Shown here: one piece after another, positions 19,426-28,592 of the stretch
Layout: each line of letters opens with the position of its first letter
Numbering within the stretch: the first letter of the stretch is position 1
From: a virus
Length of the DNA stretch: 64,000 nucleotides
Strand: one strand, 5' to 3'
IMG/VR virus record: IMGVR_UViG_3300033571_015173
Location: 1 to 64,000 of that record
The notes under the pieces: generated by a model
Databases searched by the model: none
Told to the model about the DNA's origin: nothing
Seen by the model: only the letters and a program-made list of their open reading frames with translations
Made by a program: the position numbers and the translations under genes

Positions 19426-19686
19426 ATGGATAAGAACCACTGGCTAGAGGGTGAATGGGGTTTCAATCCCCGACACTACGCTGAAGAGTTGTTGCTACTA
19501 CTGGAGAACGCTCCAGATGGGCAACAGAAGAGGGACGATATAAGATTGTTGTCCATGATTCTCCAGCAAAAGGAGAGTACGTGTCTAGATCCCCCCGAGG
19601 AATGGGACTACGCCTACCACTTGCACTGTCGAGTGGAGAAGGCCATGTTACGCGATACACGCTGGGAAGACTGGAACAAGATTTAG
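19426..19686 (+). CDS. Hypothetical protein
   Basis: GAGG RBS before ATG 19426. Confidence 0.55.
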   Translation: MDKNHWLEGEWGFNPRHYAEELLLLLENAPDGQQKRDDIRLLSMILQQKESTCLDPPEEWDYAYHLHCRVEKAMLRDTRWEDWNKI

Positions 19687-19811
19687 TTCCTCTCGTAAGC
19701 CCTTAGATCATCCGAATCCGATCCGAGGGCATATAACTTCGTTCTAGGATTCGGACAAGTAGCCTAAGAACTATAGATGAACCCGGTTTTTAGCCTTAAC
19801 AGTAGGGTTCA

Positions 19812-19891
19812 GTTGCTACATGGGATTGTCTCTATTGACTTCTTCTGTTGGTGGTCATGGAGCATTGAGGTTCGACTCCTCAAGTAGCAGT
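19812..19891 (+). ncRNA. tRNA-like element
   Basis: TTGAGG-TTCGACT-CCTCAA T-arm; GTTGCTAC/GTAGCAGT closing stem. Confidence 0.4.
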
Positions 19892-19928
19892 TGCTGTGTA
19901 AATCCTTTCACAACACAGCGGAGGTTTC

Positions 19929-20615
19929 ATGTTGGTAACTCAAGCTCAAGCTCGGATGATCGATGTCTTTTTCAAGTCTGTCTCTAAGACTTTAGACATC
20001 TCTCTGGAGTGTGCGCGGAGGGATCTTCCATTGGTCTGGAAGGTTGTCTCTACCATTGCCGTTATTAGTGCGGCTGCATCCTACGGAGCTGGATGGGGAA
20101 GTCGCAAGCTACTCCATCGTTTAATGACGTGGATCGACAGTTACGTTCAGTACTGCATGGAGGTTCACATGGAGGTTGACATGAAGGTTGATATGGACGA
20201 TCCCATCCTGGAAGCTCCCGCCCGCGAATGGGAAGAGCAAGAGGTTTGGTGGGACGAGATCAGTTGCGAGGATGAAGACTTCCAGTCCTGTCCTCCCCCT
20301 CCCGAATACCTGCAAGAGATCATCGACTGTGAATATCTTCACCCTGAAGATCATCCCTTCGGTGAGGCGTTGTTGCATCCTGATCCAGTGGTTGAGTTTG
20401 CTGTCGAGCTCTCCATCGGGGAAATGGTTGAAGTTGAGGGAGAAATCCCAGTATTGACAACTCCATCTCCAACCTTCTTTCGGGAGGAGTTAATGGGTTG
20501 TGGATTGCCCTACTTGATTGCGTTGGCTGAAGTTCTTGAAGTCGATGTCAACCAGGTTCCTTACAAAGGATACAGGAAAGCCCCGCTGGTGGAGGCTATC
20601 TTAGCCGCTCAGTAA
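19929..20615 (+). CDS. Acidic protein with Rho-N-like C-terminal helix pair
   Basis: GGAGG RBS; LIALAEVLEV...YRKAPLVEAIL. Confidence 0.55.
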   Translation: MLVTQAQARMIDVFFKSVSKTLDISLECARRDLPLVWKVVSTIAVISAAASYGAGWGSRKLLHRLMTWIDSYVQYCMEVHMEVDMKVDMDDPILEAPAREWEEQEVWWDEISCEDEDFQSCPPPPEYLQEIIDCEYLHPEDHPFGEALLHPDPVVEFAVELSIGEMVEVEGEIPVLTTPSPTFFREELMGCGLPYLIALAEVLEVDVNQVPYKGYRKAPLVEAILAAQ

Positions 20616-20936
20616 TCGCTCAATCCGAACCGGGGGTCCTTACCTCCGGTTGTTTCCTTGTTTGATTGTCGTTTTAGCTGGAGTTTCACTATGAGCTACG
20701 GTCGCCCATTGCGCGAGTATTTTGGAAGGGGTCGCACTCCTTTGCTGGATCCTAAAGTTTGTCACGGTATCGCTCTCTATCATCGGCGCAAGCCTGACGG
20801 TGGAAAAGATGCTCGTCTGCGTTTGGGTTGGGAAATTGCGTTTTTGTCTGCTCCGATGCGCAATTTCCGTTAATTGTTGTGGGCCTGAGGATTAATCCAA
20901 TGGCCCTTTTGTTTTCTTACTTATTGGAGGTTCATC

Positions 20937-21227
20937 ATGATTCTGTATATTCAGGTTGGGTCTAGAACTCTCAAGGTCTTTGAGGCTGATGGGAAAGTAA
21001 TCAATGCAAAGATCGTTCCTAATTTACCTGGGAATACTACATTTGCGGTATCGGGGTGGGATCTAGTTACTGAACAACAATCATCCTACGCTCATGATTG
21101 TGAGCGGGAGTTCTGGACTCCCAAGGATGAGGCGGAGTATTTGGAGCTGGAGATGGATAGGAACTGCCATTGCGGTTCTGGTCAACCCTGGCATAGTTGC
21201 TCCACTAAAAGCCCTGAGTGTGGATAG
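20937..21227 (+). CDS. SEC-C-motif protein
   Basis: C-terminal CHCGSGQPWHSC. Confidence 0.6.
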   Translation: MILYIQVGSRTLKVFEADGKVINAKIVPNLPGNTTFAVSGWDLVTEQQSSYAHDCEREFWTPKDEAEYLELEMDRNCHCGSGQPWHSCSTKSPECG

Positions 21228-21385
21228 GAAGCCATGAAAACTTTCTTTGCGATTTTCCGTTTTAATCGCGAGTACAAGAAGGTCCGAGTTGGGCCTCTCT
21301 ATCTCGTTCGTGAAACGGCATTGGAGCATTGCGGTGTCGGATGCTGGGTAGAATCTGTTCCTTACCCACACCCCTAGTTCATTCG

Positions 21386-22055
21386 TATGAGCCCAAAGAT
21401 CCTTCGATCCCGATCCAAGGGCTCATAACTTCGTTTTTATTTACCTCAAATTACAAGGAGCATTCGTATGAAGTCCTATAACTTATCCGCTAAGTCTATT
21501 GAAGTCGCTGGAAACGCTCTTTTTGTTATCCAACTGGGAGAGGCTGGTAGGGCAAGGGTTCTGAATTCTATCAAGTGCCCCCTCTATCTGAAGGACGGTG
21601 ACTTTGCAACACCTATCTTCTCAGAGATCAAGGCTAGTGGAGTGGCAACGAAGCCAAGTATCTCCGCAGGTGGAGATGGTGAAGGTTGGCTGGCGAGAAT
21701 CAGCACATTATCCTCCTATGTTAGAGGAGCTGATGGGAACGTCAGTTATGATCCAGCATTCTGCCCCACACCACCAAGGTTACTGGCAAAAGGATCTGGG
21801 GCATTCGGATTGGCTGGGGGAACTGGAAGGTGGGACGATCTCATCGTAGCGGTTGAGGACAACACCATCCTGCGCGTCAAACCTAGCAGGGGAGATGCAT
21901 ATTACCTGTATTTTCAGGAAGATAGAGTGTCTCAGTTGACCCGTGACCAGCTTGAATTATTGGATCTAGAATTCAACCTGGATTCTAGAGTTCGGATCTA
22001 ACTTTATGAGCCCAAAGATCCTTCGATCCCGATCCAAGGGCTTATAACTTCGTTT
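21386..22055 (+). repeat. 51-bp direct repeats (21386-21436, 22005-22055; 1 mismatch) flanking one gene
   Basis: Direct comparison. Confidence 0.9.
21468..22001 (+). CDS. Hypothetical protein
   Basis: AAGGAG RBS, 177 aa. Confidence 0.7.
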   Translation: MKSYNLSAKSIEVAGNALFVIQLGEAGRARVLNSIKCPLYLKDGDFATPIFSEIKASGVATKPSISAGGDGEGWLARISTLSSYVRGADGNVSYDPAFCPTPPRLLAKGSGAFGLAGGTGRWDDLIVAVEDNTILRVKPSRGDAYYLYFQEDRVSQLTRDQLELLDLEFNLDSRVRI

Positions 22056-22087
22056 GCAAATCATAACAACAAATCAGCCGGAGGAAT

Positions 22088-22381
22088 ATGATCAAAGTTA
22101 CTTACGACCAGAAAGACGGGTATGCAATCGCAAATATCGAAATGAGTGAGGTTGTTCGGGCATGTGAGTTGAATATGATTGACCTCTCGCCGACTCCCCC
22201 CTTTAACCAGGGGATCATCGTCAATGGAAGGATAACCACCTGGGTTGCTGGCTTCCTAGTTCACCAGTTCCATCCATATCAATGGGTGGGAATCAATGAT
22301 CCCCGTCTAGGGGGAGGAGTGGTGGTTTCAAGACACCATGCAGATGCTCCCGAGGTGGGGGCAATCTTTGTTTGGGAGTAG
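22088..22381 (+). CDS. csx3: Csx3/Crn3 family cA4 ring nuclease
   Basis: GIIVNGRITTWVAGFLVHQFHPYQWVGINDPRLGGGVVVSRH matches the Csx3 pattern GR..W....H..H......DPRL...VV..H. Confidence 0.8.
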   Translation: MIKVTYDQKDGYAIANIEMSEVVRACELNMIDLSPTPPFNQGIIVNGRITTWVAGFLVHQFHPYQWVGINDPRLGGGVVVSRHHADAPEVGAIFVWE

Positions 22382-22516
22382 GTGTAGACTAACTTCTTCG
22401 GTGTCCATGCACCGTATGCCAACATGGATCCTAATTGAGGCTGGTTTGATGATAATTTGATTGCTGGTTCGCGTTTTTGCCGTTGTACGGGGAACAGAAA
22501 CAACGGTTTTCTATTT

Positions 22517-22578
22517 GGGCTGCGTTCTGGAGAACGAGAGATGAGAGCCTCTCTTGGGTTCAATCCCCTTGCTGCCCG
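22517..22578 (+). ncRNA. Degenerate tRNA-like cloverleaf
   Basis: GGGCTGC/GCTGCCC ends, two internal hairpins, GGGTTCAATCCC T-loop. Confidence 0.3.
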
Positions 22579-22609
22579 CATTGTCCAACGCCACTAAAGG
22601 AGAATTATC

Positions 22610-23065
22610 ATGGGTATTCGCTTACATTTCGGTTTGGTTCCAGTCCAAGTCTACAATGCTCTGAACATGACTCCTCAAGAGTTGGAGCTGGCGTTGTTGC
22701 TGGACAAGATGGAGGCTTTGCGTTTTGATCGCAGGGTGAGTGTTTCAGAGGAGTATCAATGCGATCCCACTTTCGTTCTTTATGAAGCAGGTCAGCGAAT
22801 TGAACAAGAAATGACTAGCGTTTCTCGCTATCGCAGACTTGTCGATGGCGAGATTGGAAAAGTGTATCCTGACAAGGAGTGGAAACCAGCCGACTTTGAT
22901 GAGACTATCAAGAAGGAGTATGGTTATACCTCCATAGATCAGGAATTGATTCTGAATATGATCAATAAAGCCTATACAGAGGATTATCTTGACTCTGTGG
23001 AGTGGATTACATTGATCAGTCTCTACAAAGCTAACCCATCATCTGTGAAGATGTATTGGTGTTAG
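22610..23065 (+). CDS. Hypothetical protein
   Basis: AAGGAG RBS. Confidence 0.65.
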   Translation: MGIRLHFGLVPVQVYNALNMTPQELELALLLDKMEALRFDRRVSVSEEYQCDPTFVLYEAGQRIEQEMTSVSRYRRLVDGEIGKVYPDKEWKPADFDETIKKEYGYTSIDQELILNMINKAYTEDYLDSVEWITLISLYKANPSSVKMYWC

Positions 23066-23079
23066 CCTAAGTCGTGCTG

Positions 23080-23679
23080 GCCTGAGGATTATCTGTCACT
23101 TCCGATCCTCGGGCTAGTAACTTCGTTCGATTTCTTATTAGTTCATAAGGAGAGTCATGATTATTAACGGAACTGAAGGTCTGACTCATATTAATATCTA
23201 TTCTCGTTCCCAACTTTCTTTGGGGCGATGGTTGAGCAACTTCGCATACTCTCCGATTGTTACAGAGGATGGCAATTTTAACTCTATTGAAGGGTACTGG
23301 TATTGGCTTGGAGTCCTGGAGGGAACGGAAGGTCGGGACACGCTGAGAAAGCTGCATGGATATTCTGCAAAGGAATTTGGTAGAAAGATCAGATCTGCTA
23401 ATTTATGCATGATTCCTGAAGAGGAATTTAAGCGTAAGGTTTTAGCTGCAATAGATTTGAAGCTGAAGTCTGATCTAAATAACTTGAAGCTTCTTGCAGA
23501 AAGTGAGCTTCCCTTTAGTCATTATTATGAGTATAAAGGCAAGCGGGTAGATGCAGGTTTTGGCTGGCTTGTGGATCACTTTACGCAGAGAAGGACTTTA
23601 CTTAAAGAGAAGTGGCTTAAATAATTTATTAGCCTGAGGATTATCTGTCACTTCCGATCCTCGGGCTAGTAACTTCGTT
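23080..23679 (+). repeat. 48-bp identical direct repeats (23080-23127, 23632-23679) flanking one gene
   Basis: Direct comparison. Confidence 0.9.
23157..23624 (+). CDS. Phage NADAR-like protein
   Basis: HINIYS...LGRWLSNFA...FNSIEGYW...AKEFGR. Confidence 0.6.
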   Translation: MIINGTEGLTHINIYSRSQLSLGRWLSNFAYSPIVTEDGNFNSIEGYWYWLGVLEGTEGRDTLRKLHGYSAKEFGRKIRSANLCMIPEEEFKRKVLAAIDLKLKSDLNNLKLLAESELPFSHYYEYKGKRVDAGFGWLVDHFTQRRTLLKEKWLK

Positions 23680-23710
23680 TCTAAATCAATCAATTAGAGA
23701 GGAGAAGACA

Positions 23711-23935
23711 ATGACGATCTCAGCGGGATACGGTATTGACATTGTTCCCACCTGGCACACTCACTGGGGGCACTTATGCTCTGAGGAGCGCAATGTGTTG
23801 GACGCTATTCGAGACCTAGAAGAAGCATCGCAGGACTCGGAACAGCTTGCTTGCATCTTTCAGGCTGCATACGATACTCTGCCGCGAATCCTGAAGGATG
23901 CCTATGATGAGGCATTCAATTATCTAGCTCCATAG
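23711..23935 (+). CDS. Hypothetical protein
   Basis: GAGGAG RBS. Confidence 0.6.
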   Translation: MTISAGYGIDIVPTWHTHWGHLCSEERNVLDAIRDLEEASQDSEQLACIFQAAYDTLPRILKDAYDEAFNYLAP

Positions 23936-23947
23936 GAGAAGAGCAAC

Positions 23948-24406
23948 ATGATTGCATTCTATCCATTTAATCTGCACAACTCTCTATTGGTCCAAGCTTT
24001 CTCTCGTTCTGTTCGGGCAGATCGGGACACAGCGCTAGGGAATCCGTTTGTAATGACGGAAACCCACAGTAGAGATCAGGTTTGTGCTGGATACGAGAAG
24101 TATTTTCAGCTGATCCTCTCTGGTTCTGAACCGGAGGATGCCGCTTATGAGGTGGCGGAAGAGCAGCAACTTTTGATTGGGAAGTTCTGGAAAAATCCTA
24201 ATCGAAAAGCCTTTGTTAGAGCACTTAATGACATCTTTGAGGCAGCACTGAAAGACTACCAACAAAGAGGAATCCATACAGTGTTTCTTCAATGCTGGTG
24301 TGCTCCCCAGAAATGTCATGTGGACACAATCTGCAGCTATTTCAACACAAAGATCGAAGGGATGCTTGAGAAGATCAAACCCTTCGATTATTCTGACCCG
24401 CGTTGA
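23948..24406 (+). CDS. DUF4326-like protein
   Basis: DR...LGNPF...R.QV...Y and LQCWCAPQKCH. Confidence 0.75.
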   Translation: MIAFYPFNLHNSLLVQAFSRSVRADRDTALGNPFVMTETHSRDQVCAGYEKYFQLILSGSEPEDAAYEVAEEQQLLIGKFWKNPNRKAFVRALNDIFEAALKDYQQRGIHTVFLQCWCAPQKCHVDTICSYFNTKIEGMLEKIKPFDYSDPR

Positions 24407-24674
24407 TTTCGATTTCACCTTATGGAGGGGGGTCAGCAATGGCCCCTAATTTGATTATGAAAATGTATCTTGACAAGTATGCAGATAAGCCAGTGTTAAT
24501 TTTACAGACTGGCTATTATGCAACCTTCTTTTATTTTTGGGGCTGGAACTGTGAATGGCTGGCTCTCAAGTTTGGCAAATCTAAAGTTCATGTAGACAGT
24601 GATTGTATCAACGAGATTACTGAATACAGCTTTGATAGTTGGTGGTTAGGCTCTCATCGTTCTTGGAGATAATC

Positions 24675-25157
24675 ATGAAGATAATGGTTACGGGTCCACG
24701 CTCGATTGTTGAGTTGACTCTAGAAGAGCGACTCGCAATTGTTGATAGAATCGCGATTCAGTTTGAAAAGATTAAGCCTAAGTTAATCCATATAGGCATG
24801 GCTGAAGGCTTTGATGAATTCAGTGTCTATGCTGCGGTTAGGCTAGGGCTTCCCTTTATCGCTTGCTTACCATCTCCTGGGTATGGCCAATATTATTGGC
24901 GAGATCATAGCAAAACTGGTTTGGACAGGTTCGCTAGATTTGAGGCCATGTTGGAAAAAGCCAGTGACATTATCGTGGTCTGTAGAGATCACCAAATGGG
25001 TCGAGCGAATTTTCTCCGCAATACCTATATGGTAGAGCGGTCTGAATTAGTGGTGTCTTACCTTGAAAGCTACCCTTCCCCTGGCACAAGACATGCCTTA
25101 AGAGAGGCGCGGAATCATAAGTTAGATATTGTCTTCACTGAGGAGGTTCCATTTTAG
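24675..25157 (+). CDS. SLOG superfamily (YspA/DUF1273-like) protein
   Basis: IMVTGPR, GMAEGFD, RNTYMVERS, PGTRH. Confidence 0.75.
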   Translation: MKIMVTGPRSIVELTLEERLAIVDRIAIQFEKIKPKLIHIGMAEGFDEFSVYAAVRLGLPFIACLPSPGYGQYYWRDHSKTGLDRFARFEAMLEKASDIIVVCRDHQMGRANFLRNTYMVERSELVVSYLESYPSPGTRHALREARNHKLDIVFTEEVPF

Positions 25158-25159
25158 CT

Positions 25160-25429
25160 ATGGACTTAGCAGAAGTTTTGCAAATTTTGAAGGACTTGGC
25201 TGATAACCTTACTGAGGTTGACGGCTGGGATGATAACGAAGAGAAGGTAAAGTTTGAAGAGATGCTAGAAAACTTCAATCCTTCTCATCGCGAGTTCGTA
25301 CTTCAGTTGAGAGATGACTGCCTGGACGCAAGCCAGATGCAGTGGGCCTTACTTCTCTCGCATGTCGCTCATGTTATGACAGAGCCTGGTTTGTGGGAAG
25401 GCAAAGAAGTTCAACTATCTTGGAATTGA
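25160..25429 (+). CDS. Hypothetical protein
   Basis: ORF in operon. Confidence 0.55.
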   Translation: MDLAEVLQILKDLADNLTEVDGWDDNEEKVKFEEMLENFNPSHREFVLQLRDDCLDASQMQWALLLSHVAHVMTEPGLWEGKEVQLSWN

Positions 25430-25430
25430 C

Positions 25431-26288
25431 ATGAAGGCATTATCTGGATCCGGTGTGAAAATGTTGAGCTTGACTCAGCACCAAGCCAAGAATACTGAGG
25501 ACTGGCAGTTCTTAATGAGTCTTCTTGATCAGAAGCTAATCTCTCAGGCAGAAGCTTCGATGGTGAAAATCAAACACAGGCTGAATGAGTACCCACCTGA
25601 GTACGACTTTGCATTTAGTGCAAACGTACTTATTAACTCATATAGGGTCCAAGCTTACCCTGATCACTTGCATACGATCATTGGCTACGAAGACTACTGG
25701 AAAAGGGTTCAGCATAAAAGTCTGTCGGTAGTAACAAAGGGCTATATCTTGTCAGTTTGTCAAGAAGCTGTCAGGCTGAATCAGCAGGCGAATTCCACTC
25801 AGCGGGTCCTCATGGAAGGGGATTTGACTGCAAAGGATACGACTTTAGTGAAGGCGTACTTAGATGACGTTCTTCCGGGGTTGGATTATCTTACAACTCA
25901 TGTTCCTAAAGGAGTGTTTGCCCGGTTTAATATACACCCCTGTTTGGCATGGTTCTCTGCTGATTATCAAGCGGAGATTGATGGGAAGACCATGCTTCAG
26001 ATTCGGTGGTCGTTGGCTAGCAAACCTATGTCTGGTATTGTTGCCAGAACGTTGGCATACTGGCTTCTTGAAGACTGCAAGCATGAGGAGTGTATTATTG
26101 CCCTACCAAGGCAAGAGCAAACCCTCACCATTGACCCCAAAGACTTTCTTAATGGGAGTATTTCTGTTGCTCGCTCAGATGTTAGAACAATGTCAAGACT
26201 TAAGATGTCAGCCATTCTTGAGTCTAGAAAAACAAAGACGTTGGGAGAACTATCAGACGAGTATCAACAACGATTAAGAGGGTTCTAG
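25431..26288 (+). CDS. Hypothetical protein
   Basis: 285-aa ORF. Confidence 0.65.
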   Translation: MKALSGSGVKMLSLTQHQAKNTEDWQFLMSLLDQKLISQAEASMVKIKHRLNEYPPEYDFAFSANVLINSYRVQAYPDHLHTIIGYEDYWKRVQHKSLSVVTKGYILSVCQEAVRLNQQANSTQRVLMEGDLTAKDTTLVKAYLDDVLPGLDYLTTHVPKGVFARFNIHPCLAWFSADYQAEIDGKTMLQIRWSLASKPMSGIVARTLAYWLLEDCKHEECIIALPRQEQTLTIDPKDFLNGSISVARSDVRTMSRLKMSAILESRKTKTLGELSDEYQQRLRGF

Positions 26289-26372
26289 CTGTATGAAGCG
26301 AGGTTATCGAGTCCGATCCAAGGGCTCGTAACTTCGTTTCTAGATCAACTTAAGAAAAGACAAGGAGGAAAT

Positions 26373-26663
26373 ATGTACGCAGGACTTAGTGAAGATGAAT
26401 TCGACGAGTACTTGGAAGAGATGTACTGGGACTGCTACACCAGGGTCCAAGAACAGGCTTACGAAAAACTGAAAGCTGTTGCTGTCAATGTTGGCAGTCT
26501 CAAGCCTCTTTCCCCTGGCTTTAGCGTATATGCTCCCTGGAAGGACTTGCAACAACTGAGATTGCTCTCGGAAGCGGTTCGCTCTGGAATCAGGGAGTTC
26601 CGGGAGAGCTATCAGTCGTGCTTGTTACCCGCGTTCGCAGAAGACTGGCCTGAGTATTTTTAG
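26373..26663 (+). CDS. Hypothetical protein
   Basis: AAGGAGG RBS downstream of a motif copy. Confidence 0.65.
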   Translation: MYAGLSEDEFDEYLEEMYWDCYTRVQEQAYEKLKAVAVNVGSLKPLSPGFSVYAPWKDLQQLRLLSEAVRSGIREFRESYQSCLLPAFAEDWPEYF

Positions 26664-26761
26664 GTTTCTCGTTTGTCTGAGCCCAAGGATTCCCCGATCC
26701 CGATCCAAGGGCTCGTAACTTCGTTTTCTATTAACTCAAGAAGAAATCCCAAGGAGGGAGT

Positions 26762-27211
26762 ATGCAAGCATCATTCTTTGTCTATCAGACTGACAATCAG
26801 AGCCTACTTTCGCTGCGAGTTTATATTCCTGCGAGTGAAGAGGTTCCAGAAGCATGGGTTGAGGCCCAGGAGAACTTAGACTGTCTAAATACTAAATCAT
26901 GGGGCCATCATGGAACAGCCCTGTGGTTCCGCACTAAGTCTAATGATCTTCTTGACCTGGTTCGAGTCTATGTTTCTCACAAGCAAATGTTCCAGCTCCC
27001 TCCCAGTCTGCGGCACAGACAGGAGCATAGACAGTTATTAAAGCAAGCTCTGGCCTACGCTGAAGAAGATCAGAAAAAACTGGCCGCTCAGATTGAGAAA
27101 GATGCAGAACATGGATCCGCTTTCTCTCAGTTGAAAGATACTGCACTTGCCCAGGTTCGGCAAACACTGGAGGAGATCAACCAGTACCGCCAACTGTTTC
27201 GCTTAGTCTGA
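26762..27211 (+). CDS. Hypothetical protein
   Basis: AAGGAGG RBS downstream of a motif copy. Confidence 0.65.
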   Translation: MQASFFVYQTDNQSLLSLRVYIPASEEVPEAWVEAQENLDCLNTKSWGHHGTALWFRTKSNDLLDLVRVYVSHKQMFQLPPSLRHRQEHRQLLKQALAYAEEDQKKLAAQIEKDAEHGSAFSQLKDTALAQVRQTLEEINQYRQLFRLV

Positions 27212-27286
27212 TATTTTCTAGGGGCTCCGATCCAGGGGCTCCTAACTTCGTTCTCATATAAACTCAGTCATCTAATTAGGAGCATC

Positions 27287-27601
27287 ATGGTTTTTCAAAA
27301 TCCTTCCTATCATAATTGTGAAGTTGAAGTGACTCTGTATGAGCGTGTTTTTCAATCCGAGTTATTACCTGCTAGCATCGCTGTTAGTCTTGTTATGTGC
27401 GTCGAGCAAGAAAGTCGTTGGGCTACTAATAACGATGATGTGGACTACAACGAAGCCGATGGGCTGGGCGGTGCTAAATACTATTATCTGCGTCAAACTT
27501 TCCAGGTGAGAGTAGGCTCGAAAGTTGTTAAGATCACCGATTGTTATAACACAGCGGTCCAACACTACTTTGCAACCAGTGTCTCGTTTGAAGCTATCTA
27601 A
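27287..27601 (+). CDS. Hypothetical protein
   Basis: AGGAG RBS downstream of a motif copy. Confidence 0.65.
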   Translation: MVFQNPSYHNCEVEVTLYERVFQSELLPASIAVSLVMCVEQESRWATNNDDVDYNEADGLGGAKYYYLRQTFQVRVGSKVVKITDCYNTAVQHYFATSVSFEAI

Positions 27602-27619
27602 GAATGCAAGGAGAATCTA

Positions 27620-28090
27620 ATGTACGAATTTACTTATGATCCTCATTTCATGTTCCAAACACCGTGGAAGTCTAAGTCATCGGACTTAACTGCTTACACG
27701 CCTCATGGGTTGTACTTGATTTGTTTATACCCAGAGTTGCAAGTTCGACATGAAATCATGAAGTTCGAGGATCAACCTAAGAAGTTACTTAAGTACCTGG
27801 ATAGCATCACTTCAACTCGCGAGGTTGGAATTGCTAAGAAGGTGGAGATGATGACGTGGGTACAGGAGTATGCCTTCTCCTACCACAATCCCATCATGCG
27901 GGAAACCTTGCTGGAGTCTCAAGGTCCCATTGTCTACTACACAAGGAGTGATCCTTTCTGGGGAGTGATGGCCACATTCCACAAAGACGGACGCATTACG
28001 TCCAAAGGTGGGGATAACCGACTCGGAATTATCATCCAGAGCATTCGTGATCGTCTTGTTAAGGAGTCTCGTGATGGAACAAACAAATAA
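27620..28090 (+). CDS. Divergent NADAR-like protein
   Basis: MRETLLES...DPFWG...GDNRLGIIIQSIRDRL matches the NADAR C-terminal pattern. Confidence 0.6.
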   Translation: MYEFTYDPHFMFQTPWKSKSSDLTAYTPHGLYLICLYPELQVRHEIMKFEDQPKKLLKYLDSITSTREVGIAKKVEMMTWVQEYAFSYHNPIMRETLLESQGPIVYYTRSDPFWGVMATFHKDGRITSKGGDNRLGIIIQSIRDRLVKESRDGTNK

Positions 28091-28376
28091 TAAGTGGATC
28101 TGGCTGTTTCAGTTTGGAGTGGGTCCCCTGTACCATCGGTTTTATGTGGAGGGGGTCAACTCTCATCAGGCTTTGATGACGTTACGAGAGAGGCACCCGG
28201 AATTGAGGCCCTTGAAGTTAAGGTCTGTGCTCCTAGTTGCACAACCTCTAGAGGCTTTTGAGGATGAGCCGATTGATCCTCGTTTCGGTCCCAACGCCGA
28301 AGATACTGGGTTTAGTGTTGGACTAAGCAGGGCAGAAGTATTCACCTATTCGGAGAAAGATTATGAACTTGATTAA
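28074..28376 (+). CDS. Hypothetical protein
   Basis: AAGGAG RBS before ATG 28074. Confidence 0.55.
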   Translation: MEQTNNKWIWLFQFGVGPLYHRFYVEGVNSHQALMTLRERHPELRPLKLRSVLLVAQPLEAFEDEPIDPRFGPNAEDTGFSVGLSRAEVFTYSEKDYELD

Positions 28377-28592
28377 GCTTCTATTGGTCTTCTGTGTGAT
28401 TAGTAGTGTGTTGCTGATCATCGGTCTAGCTACCAGGGGAATCGGTTTACTATTTCTTCTGCTGATTTGTTTGGCGTTACTTAAGCTCTTGCCTCAAGAG
28501 GTGTGATAGAGTTTACTCTCGGATCCGATCCGGGGGCTTTTTACTTTCAGTTCAATCGTAAATAACAACAACAAGCCCAAGGAGGGCACATC

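Noticed and set aside
18880-22578. Functional tRNA genes
   Set aside because: No canonical D-arm, 7-nt anticodon loop or CCA; kept only as tRNA-like elements.
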